Counted from the first letter of the stretch, positions 39,219 through 49,465 are shown. The stretch is DNA of 64,000 bases from Candidatus Heimdallarchaeota archaeon (GCA_019057375.1 DXJF01000114.1:32001-96000), one strand, 5' to 3'. The notes: a model not told the origin generated them from the letters alone. Translations and numbers: made by a program.

Positions 39219-39761
39219 ATGAATAAGGAATATGTTCTTGGTCTATTGCGAACAACTTTGAACAACTATGTAGTAGGCTGTCTTTCGGGATATTTTATCA
39301 CGCATATAGATCCCTTCAATCTTACAGAAACTATTGAGATGAGAAACCAAAATGCTCCAGAAGTATTTATTATACTTGATCTAAAACCAATAAAAGAATT
39401 GTTACAATTTCCTGATAAGAGAAGTAAATTACTTAATGAACACATGAAATCTATACTCAGAAGTTTCGTTAAGGATATGTTTGAAATTGTTAAACTTTAT
39501 ACTAAAGAGACTAAACAATTTAATAAAATGAAGAAAGCTAATTGGTACGATTTTGTTCGTATCATTAGAAATTGCTTAGCCCATGATTTCAAATTAAGAT
39601 TCAACAATCATGATAAGAAAACGCTTCCTGTTAAATGGCGGGATAAGGAAATTACTTTAACAATAAACAACCAACTATTAAATGTACAAATCTTGAATGA
39701 AGCTAATGCAATTGAGCTTTATAGTGAAATATTTGCATATGTGGAAACTGAATTGAGCTAA
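39219..39761 (+). CDS. Putative HEPN-domain protein
   Basis: Helical protein with Rx4H motif IRNCLAH. Confidence 0.55.
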   Translation: MNKEYVLGLLRTTLNNYVVGCLSGYFITHIDPFNLTETIEMRNQNAPEVFIILDLKPIKELLQFPDKRSKLLNEHMKSILRSFVKDMFEIVKLYTKETKQFNKMKKANWYDFVRIIRNCLAHDFKLRFNNHDKKTLPVKWRDKEITLTINNQLLNVQILNEANAIELYSEIFAYVETELS

Positions 39762-39903
39762 TTTAATCTTTTTCAATAGATTATTTCGTCTTATCTTAGT
39801 AAAACACTGACACCGAATTCTTTGTTCAAGACTATTATAACAAGATTTATCTATTTATTTCATATTTTTTTAATTTAATTAAGAAATATGATGCTGAATA
39901 TCT

Positions 39904-40728
39904 ATGACTGGAGAAACAATGGATGATATGAATATAAATCAATTTGAGAAAGATACCTTACTTTTCCTCATTCAAGATGTTCTTGATGCTTTAGATGATT
40001 TGGAGGACTTAGAAGATGATGAGGTTTTTCAAGTAATTTACAGAAAAAAAGACCTTTCCTCAGAACAGTTTTATAGAATGCTGAAACTCATTGAGTTTTG
40101 TCAAGATAGCATATCTCCTTTCCCATTTTTCAGTAGAAAAGAAACTGAAGAAAATGGAATCAGAACAATTAGAATTAGATCTTCAGATGAGACAGGTATT
40201 TTTCATACATGTTACCTTGAATTTATTTTCATAATTGGTGATGATTATGTTATTATCCCAGAAACCTGCGGTTGTAGAAAAGAGAATTTTGATTATACTC
40301 TTCCTTCTGTATTGTCCTTAGATATGTATAAGATTTGGTTATGTATTAGTTTACATGAAAACACAACAATTGAATTCAAAGATAGGGTTAATTCTCTTCT
40401 CAAAATGTATGTTCAAAGCAACTTCGTTGAAGCTTGGACACATATAGGTTTTATAGCTGAAACTCTGACAAAAGAGATTTATCTTAAATCCTACCCTAAT
40501 AAAACTCTCACAGATACAAATAACATTAAATGGAATAGTCTTCTCAAACAACTTGCAAATGATAAGAACCTTGCTGATATTGAACATTATGCACTTCTTT
40601 TAGATTCTCTCAGACCAATTAGAAATGATGTAATTCACAACGATTACAAACCAACATCTGAAGATACAGAATTAGGACTTCTAAGCTTAGATCGATTATT
40701 CAAGTTTTATGTGCAGAAATACAAATAA
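39904..40728 (+). CDS. Protein with C-terminal DUF4145/HEPN-like domain
   Basis: AWTHIGFIAETL...WNSLLKQL...LDSLRPIRNDVIH. Confidence 0.55.
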   Translation: MTGETMDDMNINQFEKDTLLFLIQDVLDALDDLEDLEDDEVFQVIYRKKDLSSEQFYRMLKLIEFCQDSISPFPFFSRKETEENGIRTIRIRSSDETGIFHTCYLEFIFIIGDDYVIIPETCGCRKENFDYTLPSVLSLDMYKIWLCISLHENTTIEFKDRVNSLLKMYVQSNFVEAWTHIGFIAETLTKEIYLKSYPNKTLTDTNNIKWNSLLKQLANDKNLADIEHYALLLDSLRPIRNDVIHNDYKPTSEDTELGLLSLDRLFKFYVQKYK

Positions 40729-40888
40729 TAATCCTCTTCTCTACTACTATGTTGATATTGGGTGTTCTCCATTTGTCACTTTTTAGCTTCTTAATTTTTT
40801 GAGTCCTGTACCTATTAACTTTTGCTCGTGATGTGTTTTTATATGGTTTTTTAGTTGAATTGGTGAGTATAACCACTATTACTTCAAA

Positions 40889-42553
40889 GTGACAGTTATG
40901 GAAAAAACTATTCTCCTTGGATATGAATATGATTACGGTTTAACCTCTAATGAAATTTCTATAGATATTGGTGAACTCCTCTATAATGTTGAAATCTATG
41001 GAATGATTGGAAGAGGAAAAACTCGCTTGGTCTGCAGTATTATTCAACATCTTTTTCACAATAAAGTACCAAGTTTGATCTTCGATATCAAGGGGGAATA
41101 TGCTGCAACTTTTGCTACTGAACCAAATGTAGAGATTTTTACAATTGGTGCTCCTCATCCACTCTGTATCAATCTTTTTGATACCAAAGATGAAGATGAT
41201 GTCAGTGGAACACTCTTAGTTATTGAAGAGATGATGGTTTCTTCTAACCAAGAATTCAGTCCTTCGATGAAAAACCTCTTTGAAACAGCTCTATTCCTAA
41301 CCCACAAAGCTGAGGTAAGAACACTAGAGACCTTTGTTGAAAACCTAATTGCTCTTGCTAAGAAAACTAAACAGATCAAATCAATACAACATACCTTAGA
41401 TGCTGTTCTTAATAGATTAAATTACATCTTAAATCCTATCAGTTTTGAGATTTTAGGAGTCTCTCAAACAACGTTAAACTTCGATATGTTAGAGCAAGGA
41501 AAAAGCATAATTCTTGATCTTAGCCAATTTCAAAAAAGGGCAGCTAGACCGTCGGATATCTACCTTATTTGCAATCTTATTTTGAAACTATTTTACAAGT
41601 ATGCATCCTCTAAAGAACTAACCAACAAGTTACGTTATGTTGTGGTTTTAGAAGAAGCGATTAACATTATACCTCACTTCTATAGAAAACAGAGTTCAGC
41701 ATCCTTGATTACAGCTGAAAACAACTTCTTACTTGGTAGAAGTCTAGGTATTGGTCACATAACTATATCTCAAATGTGGAATAGTGTGAGTAATGTTGTT
41801 CATGCAAATTCCTCAACTAAGATTGTTTTTCGTTCAGGTCAGGAAATAGAGAAAATTGCTAAAGCTCTAAATCTTCAAGATTTTTATTTCAAACGTCTCC
41901 AACAACTACCAATTCGTCATTGTTTCCTCTGGAAGGATGGTCAAGAATATGTCAAAGAGATGACTACAGTTAATTTTACTCTTGAACCACTCAAATACGA
42001 CCATTATTTGTTATTTCTTAGAAGAAAATACCATTCTTCTACTTATCCTCTATTATTTAGCAACTTTATTGATATGCGAACAGCACTCTACGATAAACTA
42101 ACCAATACCAAGAAAACCAAACAAAAAAAGAAGGAGAAACCAGTTGAAAATAACCAAATATCTAAGAAAAATCCAGATTCTCAAAAGGAAATTACAAGTA
42201 AAGTTGAGCAATTCAAGAAGATATTTTCAGAAGAAATCAAATTTCAATTAGATGATGTTTGTTTCACCTTTTGTTCTTTAAGCAAAGACAAGAAGAAATG
42301 TATGAAAATTAGAAAAGATGCAGAAAGAGTCAACTCGTCTCTACTGAAGAGATTTACAGAGTATGAGATTAAACAAGCTATACTTGAAAAATCTCAGATA
42401 TCAATAGATGAGCTGCTAAAACAAGTTCTTCTAGAGAACAAGCTGTCATCTAATAGTCAAGTACTATTTTGTGCAAAGAGAGAATTAATCAATTTTTTGA
42501 TGAGAAGTGACCAAGAATTATCCTTCAATCTTTCTAACAATTCAAAAAAGTAG
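40889..42553 (+). CDS. HerA/FtsK-VirB4 superfamily ATPase (DUF87-like)
   Basis: Walker A GMIGRGKT, IFDIKGEY, Walker B VVVLEEA, GRSLGIG (arginine finger), ISQ, NSSTKIVFR. Confidence 0.82.
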   Translation: MTVMEKTILLGYEYDYGLTSNEISIDIGELLYNVEIYGMIGRGKTRLVCSIIQHLFHNKVPSLIFDIKGEYAATFATEPNVEIFTIGAPHPLCINLFDTKDEDDVSGTLLVIEEMMVSSNQEFSPSMKNLFETALFLTHKAEVRTLETFVENLIALAKKTKQIKSIQHTLDAVLNRLNYILNPISFEILGVSQTTLNFDMLEQGKSIILDLSQFQKRAARPSDIYLICNLILKLFYKYASSKELTNKLRYVVVLEEAINIIPHFYRKQSSASLITAENNFLLGRSLGIGHITISQMWNSVSNVVHANSSTKIVFRSGQEIEKIAKALNLQDFYFKRLQQLPIRHCFLWKDGQEYVKEMTTVNFTLEPLKYDHYLLFLRRKYHSSTYPLLFSNFIDMRTALYDKLTNTKKTKQKKKEKPVENNQISKKNPDSQKEITSKVEQFKKIFSEEIKFQLDDVCFTFCSLSKDKKKCMKIRKDAERVNSSLLKRFTEYEIKQAILEKSQISIDELLKQVLLENKLSSNSQVLFCAKRELINFLMRSDQELSFNLSNNSKK

Positions 42554-42872
42554 GTTCTTCCTCTTCTCCCCATAGCAGTCAACTTTCTCTATTCTTTTTC
42601 ATAACTCTTCTTCATTCTAATTATTCTTTTTAGAATGATTTGGCACAAAATTTCTGTGGTGCTAATAATATCAACCTCATTCTAGATTCCTGATAGGCAA
42701 GAATTACAACCAAACCTGTAATTCTTCGCTTTTCACCTAAAAGGAAAAAGGAGATGAGAAAAAAGAATAGGTAGTTCTTTGAGATCTTATTCGAATTCCT
42801 GAAGCAATTTTACACGTAGTACTTATCATTGGTTCCTCTACTGGTTTCAAACTGAGAAGAGAAGAGGATCCA

Positions 42873-44477
42873 ATGATTTTCGACAATTCGAAAAGAGTTT
42901 CAGTGTTTATAATACACTTCCAATTTCAAAAGGTGAAAACCATGAAAATTGAAGAAATTAATGAACAAAAAGAACTACAATCAAAAGTCAAGAAACATGG
43001 AAAACATGGAGAAGTCAAAAGCATGTCTCAAGCACCATTAGTTACATTCTACGAGGTTGTCCCTTTGAGAATCAAGACGGAATTAATGTCTGTGAGAGAG
43101 TGCGAAAGGTTGCGAAGAATAACCGAACGAGATACCAGAATCATTCGAGACTACCTCAGAATCATCAAACATAACGAGGAGAATATTCTGCAAAAAAACG
43201 GCAAAGTCAATACGTCCCTGTTGGATAAATTGACTTTAACCACATCGAAGAATACGAAGAACAAGTTACGGACATCTGTTCCTCATGACTTGAAGAAACG
43301 TTATCCCCGTTGCTCTTTTGATGAATTCCAAGAATGCAGAGACAAAGCTATCTGGACTTATGAAAGCTGGAAAGCACAACAAGATGTTTCCAAAAAGGAA
43401 CTGAGTAGACCAAAGTTTAAGAATAAAACCCCCCGACCCTTGTTCAAAGGAACAGAAGGCAGAGGTACATTTCAGGTACATTCCAAATCTGATAATACTG
43501 ATGCTAGACTTTGGCTGGAGTTAAGGGATTCTCTTGATACAAAACGATCTGGCAAACGAACCCATCAGAGACTATGGCTACCATTAGCTTACTCACCTTA
43601 CCACGAAAAGAGGTTGAAACTAGAGAACATCAAAATGATGGAACTAGTACGCAAATCCAAAGAACAACAGTGGTGGGCACATTTCACCCTCCAGTATTCT
43701 GTCTCATGTTACCAATCCACCCTTCCACCTGCAGTGTTAGGAGTAGACCTGGGAATAAAGAAGACAGCTGTTGCAGTCTTACTTACCCCTACAGGCAAAG
43801 TAATTATGGATGAAATCCGCTTCATCGTCAATAAGGAGAGACAGTCTAAGATATGGCAACTTGAAAACCAAATCGAGGATACTCAGAGAAAGTTGAACAA
43901 AAGTCTCAACAACGGTCAGCACACTAAACAGCTTAACACTACACTCTTCCGTCTACGTAGAAGACGACGTTCTATTATAGAACAAGAACTGGGGTATGCT
44001 GTTAACCAATTGGTTGATTTCACCCTTCAGTTGAAGAAGCGTTACAATCTGTTTGTGTCTGTTGGCTATCCTAAGAACATTCAGAAAAGTCAACCTCGAG
44101 GTAGTGGAAACAAATCTCATAGAAGACGATTACATAAATGGTGTTACCGTCTTTTCATTACTAAGCTGAAATATAAGCTTACTAGCTATGGGTTTGAACC
44201 TCTTCGAGTAGTAGCTGTTAAGGAGAGCGACACCTCTAAAACATGTTCTAGATGCAATTCTACAAACACTACACGTACAGGACAAGGACAGTTCAATTGC
44301 CACGATTGCAACTACGTACTAGACGCTGACTTGAACGGAGCAAAGAACATAGGAAAGAGGTTGATTCGATATGTATTGAAATCAAAGTTCAATTATATAT
44401 TCGATATATTAACAAAAGAATGCTATCCACTAAGACACTACAAGTCTTTCCTGCCCTTAGGTCAATGGCTTAAGTGA
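42873..44477 (+). CDS. tnpB: TnpB-family RNA-guided nuclease with rearranged (Fanzor-type) RuvC-II; no adjacent TnpA
   Basis: VLGVDLGI; VSVGYP at the canonical Glu position; VKESDTSKTCSRC; CHDC; DADLNGAKNIG. Confidence 0.88.
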   Translation: MIFDNSKRVSVFIIHFQFQKVKTMKIEEINEQKELQSKVKKHGKHGEVKSMSQAPLVTFYEVVPLRIKTELMSVRECERLRRITERDTRIIRDYLRIIKHNEENILQKNGKVNTSLLDKLTLTTSKNTKNKLRTSVPHDLKKRYPRCSFDEFQECRDKAIWTYESWKAQQDVSKKELSRPKFKNKTPRPLFKGTEGRGTFQVHSKSDNTDARLWLELRDSLDTKRSGKRTHQRLWLPLAYSPYHEKRLKLENIKMMELVRKSKEQQWWAHFTLQYSVSCYQSTLPPAVLGVDLGIKKTAVAVLLTPTGKVIMDEIRFIVNKERQSKIWQLENQIEDTQRKLNKSLNNGQHTKQLNTTLFRLRRRRRSIIEQELGYAVNQLVDFTLQLKKRYNLFVSVGYPKNIQKSQPRGSGNKSHRRRLHKWCYRLFITKLKYKLTSYGFEPLRVVAVKESDTSKTCSRCNSTNTTRTGQGQFNCHDCNYVLDADLNGAKNIGKRLIRYVLKSKFNYIFDILTKECYPLRHYKSFLPLGQWLK

Positions 44478-44715
44478 TTCTGCAAAGAATACATCATTTA
44501 GCAATATTTGATGTGCGAGGTCGAGAATCTGTCGTTTCACTTGTTTGACTGATTCAGCAATGAGTGCCCTTTATCAGGAGATGAATCCTTTGAACAGATT
44601 TACAGCAATGTAAATGTTCCAGAAAACTAGTACTGTAACTTATGAAATATTCTATTTTTCATTTTACAGTTATGCCTCCTTGCCTACCCTTAGCTACGCT
44701 AGTTTAGGATGAGTC
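44478..44715 (+). ncRNA. Candidate omega-RNA / IS right end downstream of the second TnpB
   Basis: Non-coding; hairpins 44592-44619 (GAACA..TTTACA/TGTAAA..TGTTC) and 44632-44670 (ACTGTAA..ATGAAA/TTTCAT..TTACAGT). Confidence 0.4.
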
Positions 44716-44962
44716 TTGAAAGGATCTATTTGAAAATCGTAAGGTTTTTGAAGAGAAAATAACTCATTAAAAGTTTTTTGTTTCGTTTCCATTCTCTTTC
44801 CTTTTCCTTTTTTTTCTCTGTAAATGCTTATGTTTTGATTGATTTTAATAGAAAAAAGATAAGGCATAATAATAACCTTGCTTGCTTTTTTTCGATTTTT
44901 TCTTCTATTTTTGTTCCGTTTCTTTCTATTTCTTTTTAAATTTATTTTAAATTCTCTTTACC

Positions 44963-45775
44963 ATGCCTTCTCCTTCCAGAAAAAACCCTTGGTCTTCTCC
45001 TGAATGGAAAGCTCTCGTGGAACGTCTTCGCAAAGATTATTGTGAAATCTGTGGTTCTCGTACTCCTCCTTTCACTCTTCATCATGAAAAACCCCTTCTT
45101 CCCTATTCTTCCATTCGTACTCAAGTTGCAGAATCTCTCTTTTCTGAGCTTCTCGATAAAGGTGAGTTAAATACTGATCTCATTCAAGTTACTATTCGTG
45201 ATTCTTGTCCTGAATGTGATTCCATCAATGTTCAAGGTCCCCGTTCTACTATCTCTCCTCCCTTTTACTGTGGTCGCTGTTATCATCGTTTTGATCATCC
45301 TGTCAAAAAGAAAGTTAAAAACGATAAGGCTCTTCGTCGTGACTTTTTTCAGAGATTTAAGGACGAAATCGATAAAAGAACTCAGATAGAACGAGATAAA
45401 CAATCTGCTTATTATCTTTCTGGCAAAGATGTTATTACTGTTTGTTCAAGATGTCACCTTCCTACTGAACAGGGCAAGGTTTTATGCAAAATCTGTAATC
45501 ACCACTTTCACAACGCTCGTTTCAATCAATGTTGGGAATGTTTCATCAAGATGAAGATTGCTGATGGACAAGTTAAATGTAAATTTTGTGAATCAAAATT
45601 TCATTCCTCTGATGAACCTGCTTGTGATGAATGTAGTATTTTAAGATCCACTATCTACTGCCAAGAATGTAATCAAACCAAATATTCTCTTTCTTGCTAT
45701 TGTTATAATTGTGAAACATCCATCTGCGAAGATTGTTCTTCAAAACATAGTGAAAGGGGACATGATGTTGTGTAA
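44963..45775 (+). CDS. HNH-like nuclease with inserted zinc ribbon, multiple CxxC fingers and C-terminal B-box-like finger
   Basis: CEICGS...TLHHEKP and VITVCSRCH flank CPEC/CGRC; ends CQEC-x7-CYCYNC-x4-CEDC-x3-H-x4-H. Confidence 0.65.
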   Translation: MPSPSRKNPWSSPEWKALVERLRKDYCEICGSRTPPFTLHHEKPLLPYSSIRTQVAESLFSELLDKGELNTDLIQVTIRDSCPECDSINVQGPRSTISPPFYCGRCYHRFDHPVKKKVKNDKALRRDFFQRFKDEIDKRTQIERDKQSAYYLSGKDVITVCSRCHLPTEQGKVLCKICNHHFHNARFNQCWECFIKMKIADGQVKCKFCESKFHSSDEPACDECSILRSTIYCQECNQTKYSLSCYCYNCETSICEDCSSKHSERGHDVV

Positions 45776-45796
45776 ATACTCTAGGCTCCAAATCTT

Positions 45797-46414
45797 TTAT
45801 TCATTTTGCTGGTGATTTTCTATTTTGACTCTTTTCCAGAATTTTTTAACATATTTTCTTTTTGCTTCTTCTATTCCAAAATATTCTAATCTTGTCTCCT
45901 CAATTACTTCTCTTTCAATCTTGTAGTATTTGTTGATTTTCTGCATTTTGTTTCTATGATCTAAGAAAACATATAAAATTTCTAAATGAGGAATCTCCCA
46001 GAGACCTGGGTCTATAAATTCTATTGTTTGATTCAATTCTATAACCTCATCTGGCTTGAGTCTATAATCTTCTGTAATAATTTTCATCTCATAATCTAAT
46101 GATGATTCATCTTCAGCTCCAACAGTTGATTGGTTTAATGCTCTCAGAAACATGAAGAAGTCAATATTTGTTGTCATATCTCCTACATTGTGAAGTCTGT
46201 ATTCAACCTTGATTTTTGAAAAATTTATTCCCTTCTCAGGAATACTGAAACCTAAGATGTTAAAATTAATCTTAGGTCCTCTTCTATCTCTATAAAACCT
46301 CATAATAGCCAACAATAACATTCCAACTGAAACAACAGAACCAATTAGTGCAAGTAAAAAACTAGTAATTGTAAAAGCATCCATAACTATATGATGGATC
46401 TTCTTGTTTATCAA
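45797..46414 (-). CDS. Hypothetical single-pass membrane protein
   Basis: N-terminal TM, RGPKINF, LHNVGDMTT. Confidence 0.6.
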   Translation of the reverse strand: MINKKIHHIVMDAFTITSFLLALIGSVVSVGMLLLAIMRFYRDRRGPKINFNILGFSIPEKGINFSKIKVEYRLHNVGDMTTNIDFFMFLRALNQSTVGAEDESSLDYEMKIITEDYRLKPDEVIELNQTIEFIDPGLWEIPHLEILYVFLDHRNKMQKINKYYKIEREVIEETRLEYFGIEEAKRKYVKKFWKRVKIENHQQNE

Positions 46415-46665
46415 TTTTTCACACTTATGTTATCTGCTCTGTAGACACCGGCTCTTTAATTTGATTTGTTTTTCTTCTCCATAAATCTTCTAACATTCTT
46501 TTTCTTATTGTTTATTATTGGTTTAAATGACTAACAACAATGAAGATCCTATTAATCTAAAATCTATTCACTTTCTACACATCCACACCTTATGTCAAAA
46601 TTGAGATCTATCGTTTCTCATTGGAATGTTTTTATAATTCTACTTCCTTTTATCTTTGATTCACA

Positions 46666-48264
46666 TTGATTCTTCGAAAGAAAGATGTTTCTATTCTTAG
46701 GGAACTGACCTTAGATTTTCTTAATCAATTCTTTTCTTATATCCATTCTTCTGCTTTTTCTGACAGATATATTAAGCATTACGATACTGTCTTAGACGTT
46801 TTTCAGTCTTTTTGTACTGCTGAAAAAGGTGATCCTGAATCCTCTTCTTTCAGTTTTTCAATTGATGATATTTACTCCTTATCACATGCTGAAATAAAGC
46901 ATTTTACTAATCTATATCTTGACAATGAACAGAATAATTCAAAAGTTGAGACTTTGGAAAAGATTGGTGCTTTCAAAAGTCTTAATTACTTCAGACTCGG
47001 CCCTCACTTGTCTTTATTTGGTTTTATTTTTTATAGATTTATACAAGAACAATTCAAAGCCTCATCAAAAGAAGATATCTTTAGTATACTTGAGAGACTA
47101 GAATTCAATAGAGATTTATTTGATAACCTGTTCACTGAAATAACTGATCTAATTGTAGAGGATGTTGTTAAACTAGACTATTTTTACTTTATTTATGGAG
47201 TCAGAGTTACAGGAGAATCAACTTCTTTTGATAAAACTAAAAATGAAGAGTTCTTAAAATTGAATAACAAAATTAGAAAAGAGTTAATCAAGAAATTCAG
47301 ATTTAGGAAAGATGAATTTACTGGAACCTCTATACTAATCAATAAGATGAATTGGATAATGAATTGTCCTACTATGATTTGGGGAGAACTAACAGTAAAG
47401 AATCCTCAAATCAAGGAAGATTTGAAAAATTTAGATGATTTGAAACTCAAAAATGTTGATCTACTTGTTCCAATTTACCTAGAAGAAGCACTGTTTTTAC
47501 TAGGGTACACTAATCCTTTAGTTCATTTTGCTAGTATTACGCATCCTAGCTATTTTGGTAATTTTAGTGTCAACTCTACTCCTCGAGGAATTTTCTTCTC
47601 CAGAGGTGACTTTAGTGGTTTACAATATCCTTATTGGATGAATAAAGAGATGTATGACTTTCGTCGTCCTCTAGGTAAATCTGAAGAATTTGTTCTCTCT
47701 TCTGACAAATTAGAGTTCTTGAGATTATATCCTAGATTTAGATTTAAATTAAAAGAGAACTCTATTGAAAGATTAATACTTAATAGATTTTACCGAGTGA
47801 TGGAACTTTCAGATCCAAAGGACATAATACTAGAATCTTGTATAATTTTTGAAACTATAACAACTACAGAAACTAAGGAAGTAGGTTTTCAATTAAGAAT
47901 AAAACTAGCTTGGCTTTTAGCCAAGAATCTTGAGTATAAGAAACTAATACAAAAAATTTCTAGAATTCTCTATGATATACGAAGCGACATTGTTCATAAT
48001 GGGGGCATTAGTTCTGAAAAGAAAGCTAAAAAACTTGGAGGATTGAAGAATGCAGCTAAAATTTCAAAAATGATGGTAAGGATCTTAATTTTAAGAATTT
48101 TGCATGTTGGAGACAACAAAATCACTATAATGTCTAGAAACGAGGTATCAAATGCTCTAGATAATTTAATGTTAGGTGAAGAAAAGCAATTGCCTGAAAA
48201 CTCTTATTTTAAAGAACTATCTTCAGTATTCTTTGATAACATCTCAGAATTAGTTAAGTTTTAG
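46666..48264 (+). CDS. ApeA-like HEPN-domain protein (putative antiviral RNase)
   Basis: C-terminal ESCIIFETI...QLRIKLAWLL...LYDIRSDIVHNG. Confidence 0.7.
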   Translation: MILRKKDVSILRELTLDFLNQFFSYIHSSAFSDRYIKHYDTVLDVFQSFCTAEKGDPESSSFSFSIDDIYSLSHAEIKHFTNLYLDNEQNNSKVETLEKIGAFKSLNYFRLGPHLSLFGFIFYRFIQEQFKASSKEDIFSILERLEFNRDLFDNLFTEITDLIVEDVVKLDYFYFIYGVRVTGESTSFDKTKNEEFLKLNNKIRKELIKKFRFRKDEFTGTSILINKMNWIMNCPTMIWGELTVKNPQIKEDLKNLDDLKLKNVDLLVPIYLEEALFLLGYTNPLVHFASITHPSYFGNFSVNSTPRGIFFSRGDFSGLQYPYWMNKEMYDFRRPLGKSEEFVLSSDKLEFLRLYPRFRFKLKENSIERLILNRFYRVMELSDPKDIILESCIIFETITTTETKEVGFQLRIKLAWLLAKNLEYKKLIQKISRILYDIRSDIVHNGGISSEKKAKKLGGLKNAAKISKMMVRILILRILHVGDNKITIMSRNEVSNALDNLMLGEEKQLPENSYFKELSSVFFDNISELVKF

Positions 48265-48334
48265 TTTGGTTTCGTGTTATTTTTATTAGAAAGGTTTTTT
48301 ACTAATAATTAACAGAATTAACTAGTGCTTTCAA

Positions 48335-49360
48335 TTGGAGGAAGTTTTGTTGTTCAAAGAGATTCTAAAAACTGACATGATTAAAGGAGAAAGAGCAGAT
48401 TTAAGTAAACAAATGAATTTGGGCTATTTTCAAACTCTTTGGCAAATAATTAAAGAAAACAGCAAAAAGAAGATCTTTATTTTAGCTCTATGTTCTTGTT
48501 TGGCCTGTTCCGGGTTTGTAGTTTCTCTTGTTGTCTTTTCAGATCCAGACATAAAATTAGTATCTACTATAATTATTGTATTTTTCATTGTTTTGCTTTT
48601 GGTAGTTCTATTCGTTAGCCCTCTGAAACGCACTCAAATTATATCAAAACTAATTAAAATTAACAAATTATTGCGAATTGTTCAATTTATTAGCTTTACA
48701 ATCGCTTTATCTATACTTTTGATTCTTATTTGCTTTTTAGATTTTCTTGAAAGTGATTATTGGATGTTCTTAACTGGATTTTTCTTGATGGTTTCATTTT
48801 TTTTCATCCTTTTTGTTTCTATGACCCTTTCTGTAGATATAGAAGAAAGAGATAAAGTTTTTTGGCACTTGCTTTTTATTCATTATCCTTATCTTGATAA
48901 AGAAAATTATGATAAATTATTTGATTCAATTCAGCACGAATGTGAAAATAATTCAAATATCATTAATGATTTCCAGGATATTCTAAAAAGATTATCAAAA
49001 ATACTTGAATCTTTTATTTCTCCAAAACTTAGAGTTAAATTACATACTTCAGATTCATACAATCTTCATCTATCTTTCCTGAATAATCAAGAAACCCAGA
49101 AAATCACCAATGCATTCATCTCTACCATTTTAGAACTTAACAAAGGTAATTTCAAGAATTTCTATATGTATTTTCACCAACTGGTTCAATTTTTCAGAAG
49201 TGAAAATCTGTCAGCTCCAATTGATTCATTTGTATTTCATCCTAAAGCTTCTGTGAACAAGTTTTTTTCAAAGATAATTTACAATCAATATTTTCTTGGA
49301 TTCGTATTTATATTAATATCAGGTCTATTTGGATTTCTTACCAATTTTTTAAAACCTTAA
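48335..49360 (+). CDS. Hypothetical membrane protein
   Basis: Four N-terminal TM segments, a soluble domain and a C-terminal TM. Confidence 0.6.
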   Translation: MEEVLLFKEILKTDMIKGERADLSKQMNLGYFQTLWQIIKENSKKKIFILALCSCLACSGFVVSLVVFSDPDIKLVSTIIIVFFIVLLLVVLFVSPLKRTQIISKLIKINKLLRIVQFISFTIALSILLILICFLDFLESDYWMFLTGFFLMVSFFFILFVSMTLSVDIEERDKVFWHLLFIHYPYLDKENYDKLFDSIQHECENNSNIINDFQDILKRLSKILESFISPKLRVKLHTSDSYNLHLSFLNNQETQKITNAFISTILELNKGNFKNFYMYFHQLVQFFRSENLSAPIDSFVFHPKASVNKFFSKIIYNQYFLGFVFILISGLFGFLTNFLKP

Positions 49361-49465
49361 ATTTCAATATACTTTTTTGTTCCTTTTCTTTTACTATTCT
49401 AGAATATTTTTTGTGAATGCTAACATATAATAATCCCCTAGCTTCATTTTGTTTGAGGATATATT

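Noticed and set aside
37124-49465. Integrase-type attL/attR for the accessory island
   Set aside because: No duplicated tRNA-Phe fragment and no integrase was found, and the island lies on the 5' side of the tRNA.
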